A stretch of DNA of 44,815 bases from contig DMXO01000006.1 of assembly GCA_003482855.1 (NCBI GenBank), positions 81,052 through 125,866 of the forward strand, in the 5' to 3' direction. The stretch comes from Candidatus Magasanikiibacteriota bacterium (GTDB lineage Bacteria; Patescibacteriota; Patescibacteriia; Magasanikbacterales; UBA922). The translations under genes were made by a program, and so were the position numbers. A model generated the notes under the pieces. It saw only the letters and a program-made list of their open reading frames with translations, was not told the DNA's origin and did not search any database. Positions 20,098-31,375 of the stretch are shown in pieces (the stretch's first letter is position 1; every line of letters begins with the position of its first letter).

Positions 20098-20523
20098 TTA
20101 ACCTTCTATTTGTACACCCATTTGTCGAGCAGTACCTTCGATAATTTTCATAGCAGCGTTGATATCGTGTGCATTGAGATCTGGCATTTTTTTCTCAGCG
20201 ATTTCTTTTACCTGTGCTTTGGTAATTTTTCCTACTTTATCTTTGAGAGGATTGCCCGATCCCTTTTTGAGACCGGCTGCTTTCATGATAAGGGCGCTTG
20301 CTGGCGCGACTTTCATGATGAAATCAAAGCTGCGATCCTCGTACACATTGATAATAACTGGCACGATATCTCCTTTTTTATCTTGGGTCGCTGCATTGAA
20401 TTTGCTACAAAAATCTTGGATATTGAGACCATGCTGACCAAGAGCTGGACCTACTGGTGGTGCTGGGTTTGCTGCACCACCCACAATTTGTAATTTGATT
20501 TGGGTAACTAATTTTTTGGCCAT
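20098..20523 (-). CDS. rplK: 50S ribosomal protein L11
   Basis: [22 protein letters not shown]. Confidence 0.98.
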   Translation of the reverse strand: MAKKLVTQIKLQIVGGAANPAPPVGPALGQHGLNIQDFCSKFNAATQDKKGDIVPVIINVYEDRSFDFIMKVAPASALIMKAAGLKKGSGNPLKDKVGKITKAQVKEIAEKKMPDLNAHDINAAMKIIEGTARQMGVQIEG

Positions 20524-20594
20524 ACGTTGTAATTTAGTTTAATCTTGAGGTGAGAAGCGTTCTTGAGAGAACCACCTTACATTATCTTATAATC

Positions 20595-21140
20595 TTATAT
20601 TTTTTTAACTTGTAATGCATCCAATTCAACCGGCGTTTCTCGTCCAAACATGTTGACCAGTACTTTGATTTTACCACGAGCGCTGTCTACTTCACTCACT
20701 TTTCCTTCGAAATTTTTGAATGGACCATCCACTATCTTTACCGGCGCATTTACTTCCACATCGATCTTGTGTGCTGGTTCATCTACATTCATGCGTTTGG
20801 TGAGAGAATCCATCTCTTTTGCATCTATAGGTGTTGGCGTAGTACCGGTGCCAATAAATCCTGTCACATTTGGCGTATTGCGTACGACGTACCATGAATC
20901 ATCGGTCACTACCATCTCGACGAGGACATAGCCAGGAAATATTTTTTCTTCTATTACTGCACGTTTGCCATTTTTTATTTTAATTTTTTTTTCTTTAGGA
21001 ACAAGTACCTGGAAGATTTTGTCTTGCATGTCAAAGGATTCGATACGTTGTTCGAGATTATGTTTTACATTTTCTTCGTAGCCACTATATGTGTGGATTA
21101 CGTACCAGCGGCGACCGAGGTCTGCGGTTTGTTTGGCCAT
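20595..21140 (-). CDS. nusG: Transcription termination/antitermination factor NusG
   Basis: WYVIHTYSGYE, FPGYVLV, RNTPNVTGF, KOW motif GPF, MFGRETPVEL. Confidence 0.98.
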   Translation of the reverse strand: MAKQTADLGRRWYVIHTYSGYEENVKHNLEQRIESFDMQDKIFQVLVPKEKKIKIKNGKRAVIEEKIFPGYVLVEMVVTDDSWYVVRNTPNVTGFIGTGTTPTPIDAKEMDSLTKRMNVDEPAHKIDVEVNAPVKIVDGPFKNFEGKVSEVDSARGKIKVLVNMFGRETPVELDALQVKKI

Positions 21141-21159
21141 AGAGTAATCTCCTTAATTG

Positions 21160-21339
21160 TTAGATGATGATATCAATTCCGAGATTGAATATCCAATCAA
21201 GGAACATGAAAAAAAGTGCGATGCCTAGGCTCATACCAATGACCACGAATGTATAGCTCCAGGTCTGTTTTTTGGTAGGCCAAGTTACTTTTTTGAGTTC
21301 GCCGATTGCCTCTCGGAAGTATTTGATTAGTTTGTTCAT
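21160..21339 (-). CDS. secE: Preprotein translocase subunit SecE
   Basis: ELKKVTWP plus one TM segment, upstream of nusG; start taken at ATG 21339. Confidence 0.93.
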   Translation of the reverse strand: MNKLIKYFREAIGELKKVTWPTKKQTWSYTFVVIGMSLGIALFFMFLDWIFNLGIDIII

Positions 21340-21342
21340 ATA

Positions 21343-21432
21343 TTGAGGTTGTTGAGGTTGTTGAGGTTGTTGAGGTTGTTGAGGTTTAGTAACCCTGGCA
21401 ACTTTGGTAACCTTTTTAACCTTCAAAACTTT
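21343..21432. repeat. Tandem-inverted 9-mer repeat element in the secE leader
   Basis: (TTGAGGTTG)x~5 followed by degenerate complements taaccctgg/caactttgg/taacctttt/taaccttca. Confidence 0.85.
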
Positions 21433-21468
21433 TGTATTTAAAAACGGCCTTGAGCCGATTGCGAGATA

Positions 21469-21497
21469 ACTATACTACATGTAGTGTTATTTGTCAA
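21469..21497 (-). promoter_or_regulatory. secE-nusG-rplK promoter
   Basis: TTGACA-17 bp-TATAGT. Confidence 0.75.
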
Positions 21498-21559
21498 GGA
21501 TGACAATAGTGGATAATTGTGAGATATGAGAGATAAAAGATTGGTTGCTTAGTTTTAGA

Positions 21560-21595
21560 AAATCAAAACGAGCCGTCTCGGGCCCATTTTGATTT
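21560..21595 (-). terminator. Probable gyrB terminator
   Basis: AAATCAAAACGAGCC...GGCCCATTTTGATTT imperfect inverted repeat. Confidence 0.55.
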
Positions 21596-21658
21596 ATGTT
21601 ATCTGAGTTGTGTGTTGTGAACTAAATATCGAGATTCTTCACTGACTTCGCATGCGTT

Positions 21659-21696
21659 CCCGTCTTCGCCACCTCGTTCCTCGGGGCTGCGCCGGG
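21659..21696. repeat. GC-rich REP-like palindromic element
   Basis: CCCGTCTTCGCC-ACCTCGTTCCTCGG-GGCTGCGCCGGG bulged hairpin in an AT-rich spacer. Confidence 0.5.
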
Positions 21697-21707
21697 TAAA
21701 TTCTTTC

Positions 21708-23903
<2,196 letters not shown>

Positions 23904-24028
23904 TTATAGGTTTTGGATGTTAAGAACGGAGATAGTATAGCATGAAATATAGGCTTAGACAAGAGACATACGTTGGTGCTTATTGCTCGTTTGTTGTATA
24001 CTATCGTTATATTTTTATAGTTGTTTGT

Positions 24029-24919
24029 ATGAAAAAAAAACCTTCTGCGTTTACTCGGTACACGGATCCCACTGGGGAATTTTCAAATCGTAAACTACGT
24101 TTTGCGCAATGGTATATAGAACACAAGATTTTGTTACGCAAGATTTTTGTTTTAGTATTGGCAGTATGGAGCACGATTACGATTAGTATAGGACTTTTTG
24201 TTTGGGGTAAATATCTCGTATTTGATTATACCCGTGATGAACAAAATATATCGAGCATTGCCAGATCATATGTGTCTCGAGATCAAATTGAGTTACATAA
24301 ACCTCAAGACATTATATTTAGAAATCAACGTGTGTTTATGAGTGCCAAAGATAAATATGATTTTGTAATTGAGGCGACGAATCCTAATGATAGATGGATA
24401 GCGACTGTTTCTTTTCTATTTGTATATAGTGGAGGACAGACAGAGGTAGGAGAGACTGTATTGTTGCCTGGGGTGGCACAACATGTAATTTTGTTTGGAC
24501 ACAGTAGTGCGCGTCGTCCTACAAGCCCCTCATTTCAACTTGTAGATGTAGAATGGAAACGTATTGATCCCCATGATGTATCTGAACCTGTTACCTATAT
24601 GGCTCAGCGATTACTTTTCTCGACAAGTAAATTTTTATTCGCTCCAGCAAATAAATCAGAAGGTTCAGGGAGTAATCTTATTACGTTTAATGTAGCTAAT
24701 AATTCATTATTTGGGTATTGGGATGGTGATTTCAATGTTGTATATAAGGATCGTGGGCAGATCGTCGGGTTTGCTCCCTTGCGTATGGAACAATTTGTGG
24801 CAGGAAGTGTCGCGTCAGTTGAATTGGCGTCATTTATGGATCAGCTCCAAGTAGACAGTATAGAACTTGAACCCCGTATCAATGTGTTTGACAAGACGGT
24901 ATACATGCCGTTGCGTTAA
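24029..24919 (+). CDS. Hypothetical single-TM protein with an extracytoplasmic beta-rich domain
   Basis: Long ORF with an N-terminal TM; co-oriented upstream of rodA; start at MKKK. Confidence 0.75.
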   Translation: MKKKPSAFTRYTDPTGEFSNRKLRFAQWYIEHKILLRKIFVLVLAVWSTITISIGLFVWGKYLVFDYTRDEQNISSIARSYVSRDQIELHKPQDIIFRNQRVFMSAKDKYDFVIEATNPNDRWIATVSFLFVYSGGQTEVGETVLLPGVAQHVILFGHSSARRPTSPSFQLVDVEWKRIDPHDVSEPVTYMAQRLLFSTSKFLFAPANKSEGSGSNLITFNVANNSLFGYWDGDFNVVYKDRGQIVGFAPLRMEQFVAGSVASVELASFMDQLQVDSIELEPRINVFDKTVYMPLR

Positions 24920-24928
24920 GTTTTGTGT

Positions 24929-26023
24929 ATGCATTTCTCTTTGTCTGCAATTTCTTGGAAGAAATTTGATTGGGTTCTCGCACTTACTGCTCTTACCTTG
25001 TCTTGCGTTGGTTTATCAGCAATATATAGTGTCGATCTGTCTCGTGGTGATACACTCAATTTTTCTTCCACCCAGATTATCGCACTCGGTATTGCTCTTT
25101 TTGTTTTTGTCGTCGCATCACAGGTGCACATATCATTTTATGAATCGACCGCGCGTTTATCATACCTTTTTGCCTTTTTGCTTCTCATAGCAGTATTATT
25201 TTTTGGTGTGACGGTGCGCGGTACGACTGGCTGGTTTCGTGTTTTTGGTTTTTCTTTTCAGCCTGCAGAAATTGCCAAGGTTGCGTTGGTCATTTTTCTT
25301 GCATGGCGTATCGAACGGCAGGCGAGGCGTTTTGAGACATGGCAATTTGTCTTGTCTATGTTTGTTATGACTGCTGTGTTAGCAGGTCTCATCATGGTAC
25401 AGCCAGACTTGGGATCTGCTGTTATATTGCTTGGTATTTGGTTTGGACTTCTTGCCATATTGGGCACGAAGAGGCGTTATGTAGTAGGTGTTGTCGGATG
25501 CATTATGTTGGTAGCAGTATTTGGTTGGCTTTTTCTATTCAAAGATTATCAGAAAGATCGTATTTTGACATTCATAGATCCACAGCGTGATCCTCTGGGA
25601 GCTGGATACAATGTCACACAATCTATCATAGCCATAGGATCAGGCAATGTGGTGGGCAGGGGACTTGGTTTTGGCTCTCAGAGTCAACTTCATTTTTTGC
25701 CTGAAGCACAGACAGATTTTATATTTTCAGTCATTGGAGAAGAGCTTGGATTTATTGGCGTAGCTATTGTTTTGGGCTTATATATGTTGTTGTTATTTAG
25801 ACTCGTAAAAATTGCGAGTGTGTGTCGAAGTGACTTCAGCGCATATCTCGTGCTTGGTATCACTCTTGTTTTTTTGTTGCATCTTATTATAAATGTGGGT
25901 GCATCAGTTGGTCTCTTGCCTGTTACTGGTGTGACATTGCCTTTCCTCAGCTATGGGGGGTCATCTCTTATTATTAGTTTTTTACTTATAGGAATTGCAG
26001 AGAGTGCAGCCCGGTCATCGTAG
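24929..26023 (+). CDS. rodA: SEDS peptidoglycan glycosyltransferase RodA
   Basis: FQPAEIAK, QPDLG, YQKDRI, GYNVTQS, LPEAQTDFIFSVIGEE, TLPFLSYGGSS. Confidence 0.92.
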   Translation: MHFSLSAISWKKFDWVLALTALTLSCVGLSAIYSVDLSRGDTLNFSSTQIIALGIALFVFVVASQVHISFYESTARLSYLFAFLLLIAVLFFGVTVRGTTGWFRVFGFSFQPAEIAKVALVIFLAWRIERQARRFETWQFVLSMFVMTAVLAGLIMVQPDLGSAVILLGIWFGLLAILGTKRRYVVGVVGCIMLVAVFGWLFLFKDYQKDRILTFIDPQRDPLGAGYNVTQSIIAIGSGNVVGRGLGFGSQSQLHFLPEAQTDFIFSVIGEELGFIGVAIVLGLYMLLLFRLVKIASVCRSDFSAYLVLGITLVFLLHLIINVGASVGLLPVTGVTLPFLSYGGSSLIISFLLIGIAESAARSS

Positions 26024-26072
26024 TTGCCCTTGACGGATCATGTATCTTTTGCTATAGTATTCCCGCTCAAAT

Positions 26073-26429
26073 ATGCCAAAACAATTACCCTTGTCGCAAC
26101 ATTTGGACACCCTCAGATCCGAGTTTAGGGTCATGAAAGAATGTCCTTTATGTGAGACATCATTTGAACTAGACCGTATCAAGGTGGTAGACCAAAAGGG
26201 TGGCACACATATACTCCATATTACATGTCCTTCATGTAAGCACGCAGTCGTTATACTCGTAGGAGTAACTGAAATGGGTATTGGGTTGGTAGGTCTTTTG
26301 AGTGATCTCAATTATGATGATGTGCGCCAGTTTCGATCCAAGCGCACAATCACTCAAGATCAACTACTTGAGTTTTATCATATATTGCAGAGTGATCATA
26401 TTTCATTAGTCAATTTATTAACTATTTAA
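26073..26429 (+). CDS. Hypothetical zinc-ribbon protein
   Basis: CPLC...HITCPSC. Confidence 0.75.
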   Translation: MPKQLPLSQHLDTLRSEFRVMKECPLCETSFELDRIKVVDQKGGTHILHITCPSCKHAVVILVGVTEMGIGLVGLLSDLNYDDVRQFRSKRTITQDQLLEFYHILQSDHISLVNLLTI

Positions 26430-26433
26430 TGTA

Positions 26434-27120
26434 ATGAATGATATGGTATTTTCAATAACGGCACACAAGCGTGGGAATGGTGATGCTACGGACTTGAGAC
26501 AACATGGTTTTGTACCAGGCGTTATCTATGGACCTGACCGTGAACCAATGCCTATTTCTGTAGATGCGCTCCCACTTAAGAAGCTTTATAATGAAGCGGG
26601 TGAATCAAGTCTTGTTGACTTTGTCATTGAGGGAGAATCGGAACCGGTGAAAGTTCTTATTCAGGATATTCAATTTGACCCTGTCAAAGGAACAATGATG
26701 CATGTTGATTTTCGTCAGATTAGAATGGGAGTCGAGATGCATGCCACTACTGAACTCATATATGTAGGTGTTTCTCCTGCAGTCAAAGAGTTGGGTGGTA
26801 CTTTGGTCAAAGTACAAGAAGAACTTGATATTAAATGTTTACCAAAGGATTTGGTATCACATATTGACGTAGATTTGAGTGTTCTTTGTACCTTTGATGA
26901 TGCAATTCATATTGGAGACTTGAAACTTCCAGCAGGCGTTATTGCTGATGAAGATCCAAATACAGTAATTGCAAAAGTCACTCCTCCACTTACTGAGGAT
27001 CAACTAAAAGCTATTGAACAAGAAAATACTGTCGGCGTAGAAGCTGTAGAGGTTGAAGAAAAAGGCAAGAAAGAAGAAGAGGGTGAAAGTGAAGCAAAGG
27101 CTGAAGATAAAAAGGAATAA
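26434..27120 (+). CDS. rplY: 50S ribosomal protein L25/Ctc
   Basis: VPGVIYG, IQFDPV...HVDF, acidic tail. Confidence 0.95.
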   Translation: MNDMVFSITAHKRGNGDATDLRQHGFVPGVIYGPDREPMPISVDALPLKKLYNEAGESSLVDFVIEGESEPVKVLIQDIQFDPVKGTMMHVDFRQIRMGVEMHATTELIYVGVSPAVKELGGTLVKVQEELDIKCLPKDLVSHIDVDLSVLCTFDDAIHIGDLKLPAGVIADEDPNTVIAKVTPPLTEDQLKAIEQENTVGVEAVEVEEKGKKEEEGESEAKAEDKKE

Positions 27121-27139
27121 TACTATTTTCAAATACAAG

Positions 27140-27167
27140 ACCCGGCACCTGCCGGGTTTATTGTTTT
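27140..27167 (+). terminator. rplY terminator
   Basis: ACCCGGCA-CC-TGCCGGGT-TTATTGTTTT. Confidence 0.7.
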
Positions 27168-27214
27168 ATTGTTTTTTTTGATGTATGATAGATTCGGTTT
27201 TATTATATATACAT

Positions 27215-28348
27215 ATGAAAAAAATTATTTTGGGATATATTTCAAAAATTAAAGATAAAAAAATTAATGAGATTAGTTTTCTATATATTTTGGCAGGAAT
27301 TATTTTTATTGTTGCATTGGGCCTCATCGGATTTTTCGGATATGGGTATTTTAAAAATAAAATTCGTAGTGTAGAAGGTGAAGGGACAGGTCTAGACCTG
27401 TCTGTACAGACCGGAGCAGAGAACAAGGCCTGCAAATTTAAAAGATTGTTGGACGGCGTATGTGTCGATTCGCAAGAAAAAATAAATCCAAAATTAGTCG
27501 CGGTTATGATAGAAAATCATCCCGATGCTCGTCCGCAGTCAGGTTTGTCACAAGCATCTATAGTATATGAGGCGCCAGTCGAAGCAAACTATACGCGTTT
27601 TATGGCTATTTATCCTCTTGGTGAGGAAGTTTTGAAAGTAGGGCCAGTACGAAGCGCGCGACCATATTATCTTGATTGGTTTATGGAGCATGACATGATT
27701 ATGTATATGCATTGTGGAGGCTCGCCCGACGCACTTGAAAAAATTGCAACGTATGATTTGTTTGATCTAAATGAATTTTATCGCGGGTGGTATTATTGGC
27801 GGAGTGAAGATCGCAGCGCACCACACAATGTCTACACATCAAGCAAATTGTGGGATGCTGCATGGGAGGATTATTTTACATCTGATGATTTTAACACTTC
27901 AACACTTCAACACGATACGGATTGGAAGTTTGAAGAGCGCGAGCAGTGTACAGAAAATTGTGTGGAAGAGTTTACAGTCAGCTTTTTACCTCCAACCTAC
28001 GAGGCAACATGGCAGTTTAATACATCAACAGATAAATATGAACGATATCAGATGGGATATCCTCACATAGACAAAGATGGGAGTCTCATAGAAGCTGATA
28101 ATGTTGTTGTAATATATGTAGAGACCGAGGTACTCGATAGCATTGGGAGAATTTCGATGCAGACGCTGGGTGAGGGAGAAGCCATTGTTTTTAGAGATGG
28201 ATATATGATTCCTGCACAGTGGTACAAGGGGAGCGAGCAAGAAAAACTGCAATTGAAAGATGTGGATTTTCACGACATGATATTTAAACCAGGGAAGACG
28301 TGGATAGAGGTGGTGAATCAGTTGGGGAAAGTGGAGACTACGAATTAG
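27215..28348 (+). CDS. DUF3048 (YerB-like) membrane-anchored protein
   Basis: AVMIENHPDARPQSGL, VYEAPVE, TRFMA, GPVRSARPY, HCGGS, APHNVY, PGKTWIE; alternative start at 27185. Confidence 0.88.
   Translation: MKKIILGYISKIKDKKINEISFLYILAGIIFIVALGLIGFFGYGYFKNKIRSVEGEGTGLDLSVQTGAENKACKFKRLLDGVCVDSQEKINPKLVAVMIENHPDARPQSGLSQASIVYEAPVEANYTRFMAIYPLGEEVLKVGPVRSARPYYLDWFMEHDMIMYMHCGGSPDALEKIATYDLFDLNEFYRGWYYWRSEDRSAPHNVYTSSKLWDAAWEDYFTSDDFNTSTLQHDTDWKFEEREQCTENCVEEFTVSFLPPTYEATWQFNTSTDKYERYQMGYPHIDKDGSLIEADNVVVIYVETEVLDSIGRISMQTLGEGEAIVFRDGYMIPAQWYKGSEQEKLQLKDVDFHDMIFKPGKTWIEVVNQLGKVETTN
27385..27402. repeat. Perfect 18-bp palindrome (REP-like) in frame within the DUF3048 gene
   Basis: GACAGGTCTAGACCTGTC. 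Confidence 0.7.
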
Positions 28349-28386
28349 ATATTAAGGTATTAGATAAATATTAAATATCGGATATT

Positions 28387-28420
28387 ACAATAAAATCAGC
28401 TACAAGGCTGGTTTTATTGT
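28387..28420. terminator. Bidirectional terminator between convergent genes
   Basis: ACAATAAAATCAGC-TACAAG-GCTGGTTTTATTGT. Confidence 0.75.
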
Positions 28421-28431
28421 TTGCGGTAAAT

Positions 28432-29310
28432 TTACAGTCCTATGATGACCACGCGGTCGTGTCCTGCTAAGTCTTTTTGTATTTCTATCGTTGAATTAGG
28501 CAAATACGTTTTTATGAGTTTGGATATTTCGTGGGTTTGAGAAGGGTCGATCTCAAAATAGGTTATAGGTTTTAGGTTATAGGTTTTAGAGATTTGTAAA
28601 ATTTGTTTGAGTAATTTTTCATATAATTCAAGTCCTCCCTTCTTCGCGACGAGAGCGGACTTTGGTTCGTGCTGGATTGATGGTTCGTTTTGAAATTGTT
28701 CTTGCGTGAGATAGGGGAGATTTGCGGTAACAATCAATTTCGAATTTCGAATTTCGAATTTCGAATTTTTTATTATTGGCTCGAGGAGGTTTCCGTGTAA
28801 AAAAGTAATATCAACATTATGTTTTTGTGCGTTATGTTTGGCCACTGTTAGTGCTTGTCTGGATATGTCCGTTGCAGAAATTGTTAAATTGTTAAATTGC
28901 TTAATTGTTTTGGCTATTGATATAGGTATACATCCAGACCCAGTTCCCACATCAATGAGCATTGTATTTTTGAGTGGTTCAGTGCTCAAGTGCTCAAGTG
29001 CTGTAGTGACGAGAATTTCCGTCTCCGGTCGTGGCACAAGCACGTGTTTATTCACCACAAAATCAAGCCCAAAAAATTCTTTATGCCCAGTCAAATATGC
29101 CAGTGGTACGCCGCACATCCTTTTTTTAAATAGTTTTTTGATCTTTCGATTTTCTGATCTTCTAATTACAAAATCCGGACGGGTTATTACAAATTCTCGT
29201 GGTTTATCTATCACGTGCGCGATAAGTAGTTCAGCGTCAAACGGATCAATTATCCCTGGTTTCCTTTGTAGGAGTTGTCTGATTGTCAACTTTTTCAAAT
29301 TCAAATACAT
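28432..29310 (-). CDS. prmC: Release factor glutamine methyltransferase (HemK)
   Basis: PLAYLTGHKEFFG, VLVPRPETE, DVGTGSGCI, ANLPY, KDLAGHDR; the true start may be TTG at 29289. Confidence 0.93.
   Translation of the reverse strand: MYLNLKKLTIRQLLQRKPGIIDPFDAELLIAHVIDKPREFVITRPDFVIRRSENRKIKKLFKKRMCGVPLAYLTGHKEFFGLDFVVNKHVLVPRPETEILVTTALEHLSTEPLKNTMLIDVGTGSGCIPISIAKTIKQFNNLTISATDISRQALTVAKHNAQKHNVDITFLHGNLLEPIIKNSKFEIRNSKLIVTANLPYLTQEQFQNEPSIQHEPKSALVAKKGGLELYEKLLKQILQISKTYNLKPITYFEIDPSQTHEISKLIKTYLPNSTIEIQKDLAGHDRVVIIGL
28736..28768. repeat. Perfect heptamer tandem repeat inside prmC
   Basis: (AATTTCG)x4 + AATTT, encoding NSKFEIRNSK. Confidence 0.9.
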
Positions 29311-30757
29311 AAGGCTCTATTTCATATATTGGTTCGATGTATCGGGTAAGATTCCATCCGTGTTGGATAAACCACCTCGGTACTGGTGCATCTACAATAT
29401 TGGGTGAGTATTGTAGAAAAAATATAGTATCGGTGTTTGACACGAGACCCTGCATATATAAATCGAAGTCTTCTCTTGTAACCTCAATTTCTTGCCAGTT
29501 GTATCTCACTATTCTTTCATTTAGTGGCAGACTGTCTACACGTGGATAGATACCGACAACAGGACTTTTCCCATGATAATATTTTTTTATGAGTAATTCT
29601 TGGTTGAATGGGACTATGAGAATTTTTGTGTTGTCTATCTCATGTGTTTGTATGAATGATACTGTTCTATCCCACGATTGAATGGGCGTACGCGCATATA
29701 TGAAAGCAGATGGTATAAGTATTGATCCGAGTATAGCGAGTACTGCATAATATATTTTTTTATTTTGTATCTGCAGTATCGGATATACAAGGAGTATAAT
29801 TATGGCTGGTAACGAAAAAGCAACATATTTTGCGATATATATACCACACAGACCTGCCACAATAGTGGGTGTGAGCGCCCACAAAAATAACATAGCAAAA
29901 AGATATTTTTTTTCTGTGTGTTTGTGTAAGCTTGTGAGACTATACGTGAGGAGCCCGACAATGCCAAGCGATACCACAAGGCCTAAAATAGCGGGTGCAT
30001 TTTCCACAAAGAGAGGAATAATTGCTTCCAAGATATTTTTTTCGAATTTAGCTTCTTTGAAGTACCAAGCTGAATTTGTATTACTTCCCCATTTTGATAG
30101 GGCAGATGGGATGAACCATATACAAAATATAACCGTAGGAATTATGTGTGATACGCATAGCCGTACGATGTTGTTTTTTCTATTTTTGGATGGAAGTAAT
30201 AATGTTCCCAATTGTATGAGAGGGATAAGTACGGCAGTCAAGTGAGATACGAGCAGGAGTGTTTGTATGAGGATATATATATGTGTGTGCCATGTTTTTT
30301 TGTTATCTTCAAAAAAGATACTATAGAATAAATAAAAAGAAAGAATTGTAAGAAAAAGAAATAAACTATAGGTGCGTGCTTCAGTGCTGAGTTGAATGAA
30401 TGATGTAGAAAAAATTAATATGAAGGAACTTAACGCCGCATATTTTTGTGAGAGAAATTTTTTTGTAAATGTATACAGTGCTATGACTGATGCAGAAGAA
30501 AATACAATAGACAACAAGCGGGCGCATAGTTCTGTATTTTCGAGTAGTGTGAGCCACCCGCGTAGTAGAAATGTATGCAGCGGTGGGTTTGTCTCTATCA
30601 CCCAGTACCGTAGTGCATCGCCCAACGGGAGGAGGCTGTAGTGCGTACTAAACATCTCGTCAAACGTAAAGTCACCGCGATATCGTGTAGATATATACGT
30701 TGTTACAAGATGGATAAATAATATGGAGATGATGGGATATTTGCTTATTATTTTCAT
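29246..30757 (-). CDS. GT-C fold glycosyltransferase (PMT_2 / ArnT / GT39-like)
   Basis: FDE after the first TM, NPPLH, ARLLS, EARTYS; multi-TM. Confidence 0.85.
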   Translation of the reverse strand: MKIISKYPIISILFIHLVTTYISTRYRGDFTFDEMFSTHYSLLPLGDALRYWVIETNPPLHTFLLRGWLTLLENTELCARLLSIVFSSASVIALYTFTKKFLSQKYAALSSFILIFSTSFIQLSTEARTYSLFLFLTILSFYLFYSIFFEDNKKTWHTHIYILIQTLLLVSHLTAVLIPLIQLGTLLLPSKNRKNNIVRLCVSHIIPTVIFCIWFIPSALSKWGSNTNSAWYFKEAKFEKNILEAIIPLFVENAPAILGLVVSLGIVGLLTYSLTSLHKHTEKKYLFAMLFLWALTPTIVAGLCGIYIAKYVAFSLPAIIILLVYPILQIQNKKIYYAVLAILGSILIPSAFIYARTPIQSWDRTVSFIQTHEIDNTKILIVPFNQELLIKKYYHGKSPVVGIYPRVDSLPLNERIVRYNWQEIEVTREDFDLYMQGLVSNTDTIFFLQYSPNIVDAPVPRWFIQHGWNLTRYIEPIYEIEPYVFEFEKVDNQTTPTKETRDN

Positions 30758-30775
30758 AAAATTTTTTGGTAGGCT

Positions 30776-31372
30776 TTATTTTTTGGTAGCCAACACAAAA
30801 TTGTTAAAGCCGAATAGGAATATTGAGGTATGTATATGTTGTTTTTCAAAATTTGCTTCCTCCAACATATCCCTCAATTTTTTTGAGTCAAAATAATTTT
30901 TATGGTCATTTATTTCTTCTGAGGAAATAAGTTTTAATCGGTGAGCCATAAATTCCAAAATTGGTTTTGCAAGGGGGGTGGGAGTAGTGAGTATAAGTTT
31001 CCCGCCGGGTTTTAATACTCTGGATATCTCTTTTAAATTATGTAGCGGGTTATCAAGGTGTTCGAGCACTGCCAAAGAGAGTACAACGTCTACACTATTG
31101 TCCAATATGTCTAGTGTATCATTCAGGTTTCCTTGTTTGAGGACTATGGTGTTGCCATTTTTGTTTTTGTTTACGTTGAGATCTATACCTATTATTTTTT
31201 TGAATTTAAATTTAGTGTGTAGAAAATGAATACTCTCAGCATTATAGCCACAACCTAAATCTACCAGCACATCTGTATCAGTAATATATTTTTGTATTTT
31301 TTTAAATCGTATCTTAAAAATGATCGTGTCTAACAGTGATAAATTATTTTCACCAAATGATTTGTTACGCAT
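30776..31372 (-). CDS. Class I SAM-dependent methyltransferase
   Basis: VDLGCG, GID, AVLEHL, RVLKPGGKLILTTP. Confidence 0.92.
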   Translation of the reverse strand: MRNKSFGENNLSLLDTIIFKIRFKKIQKYITDTDVLVDLGCGYNAESIHFLHTKFKFKKIIGIDLNVNKNKNGNTIVLKQGNLNDTLDILDNSVDVVLSLAVLEHLDNPLHNLKEISRVLKPGGKLILTTPTPLAKPILEFMAHRLKLISSEEINDHKNYFDSKKLRDMLEEANFEKQHIHTSIFLFGFNNFVLATKK

Positions 31373-31375
31373 AAA

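Noticed and set aside
21343-21390. Possible CRISPR array or guide-RNA array
   Set aside because: Units are 9 bp and contiguous with no unique spacers; no cas genes in the window
21340-21426. Poly-PQQ N-terminal extension as the annotated SecE start
   Set aside because: It derives from the DNA repeat and a TTG start; ATG 21339 gives a normal-length SecE
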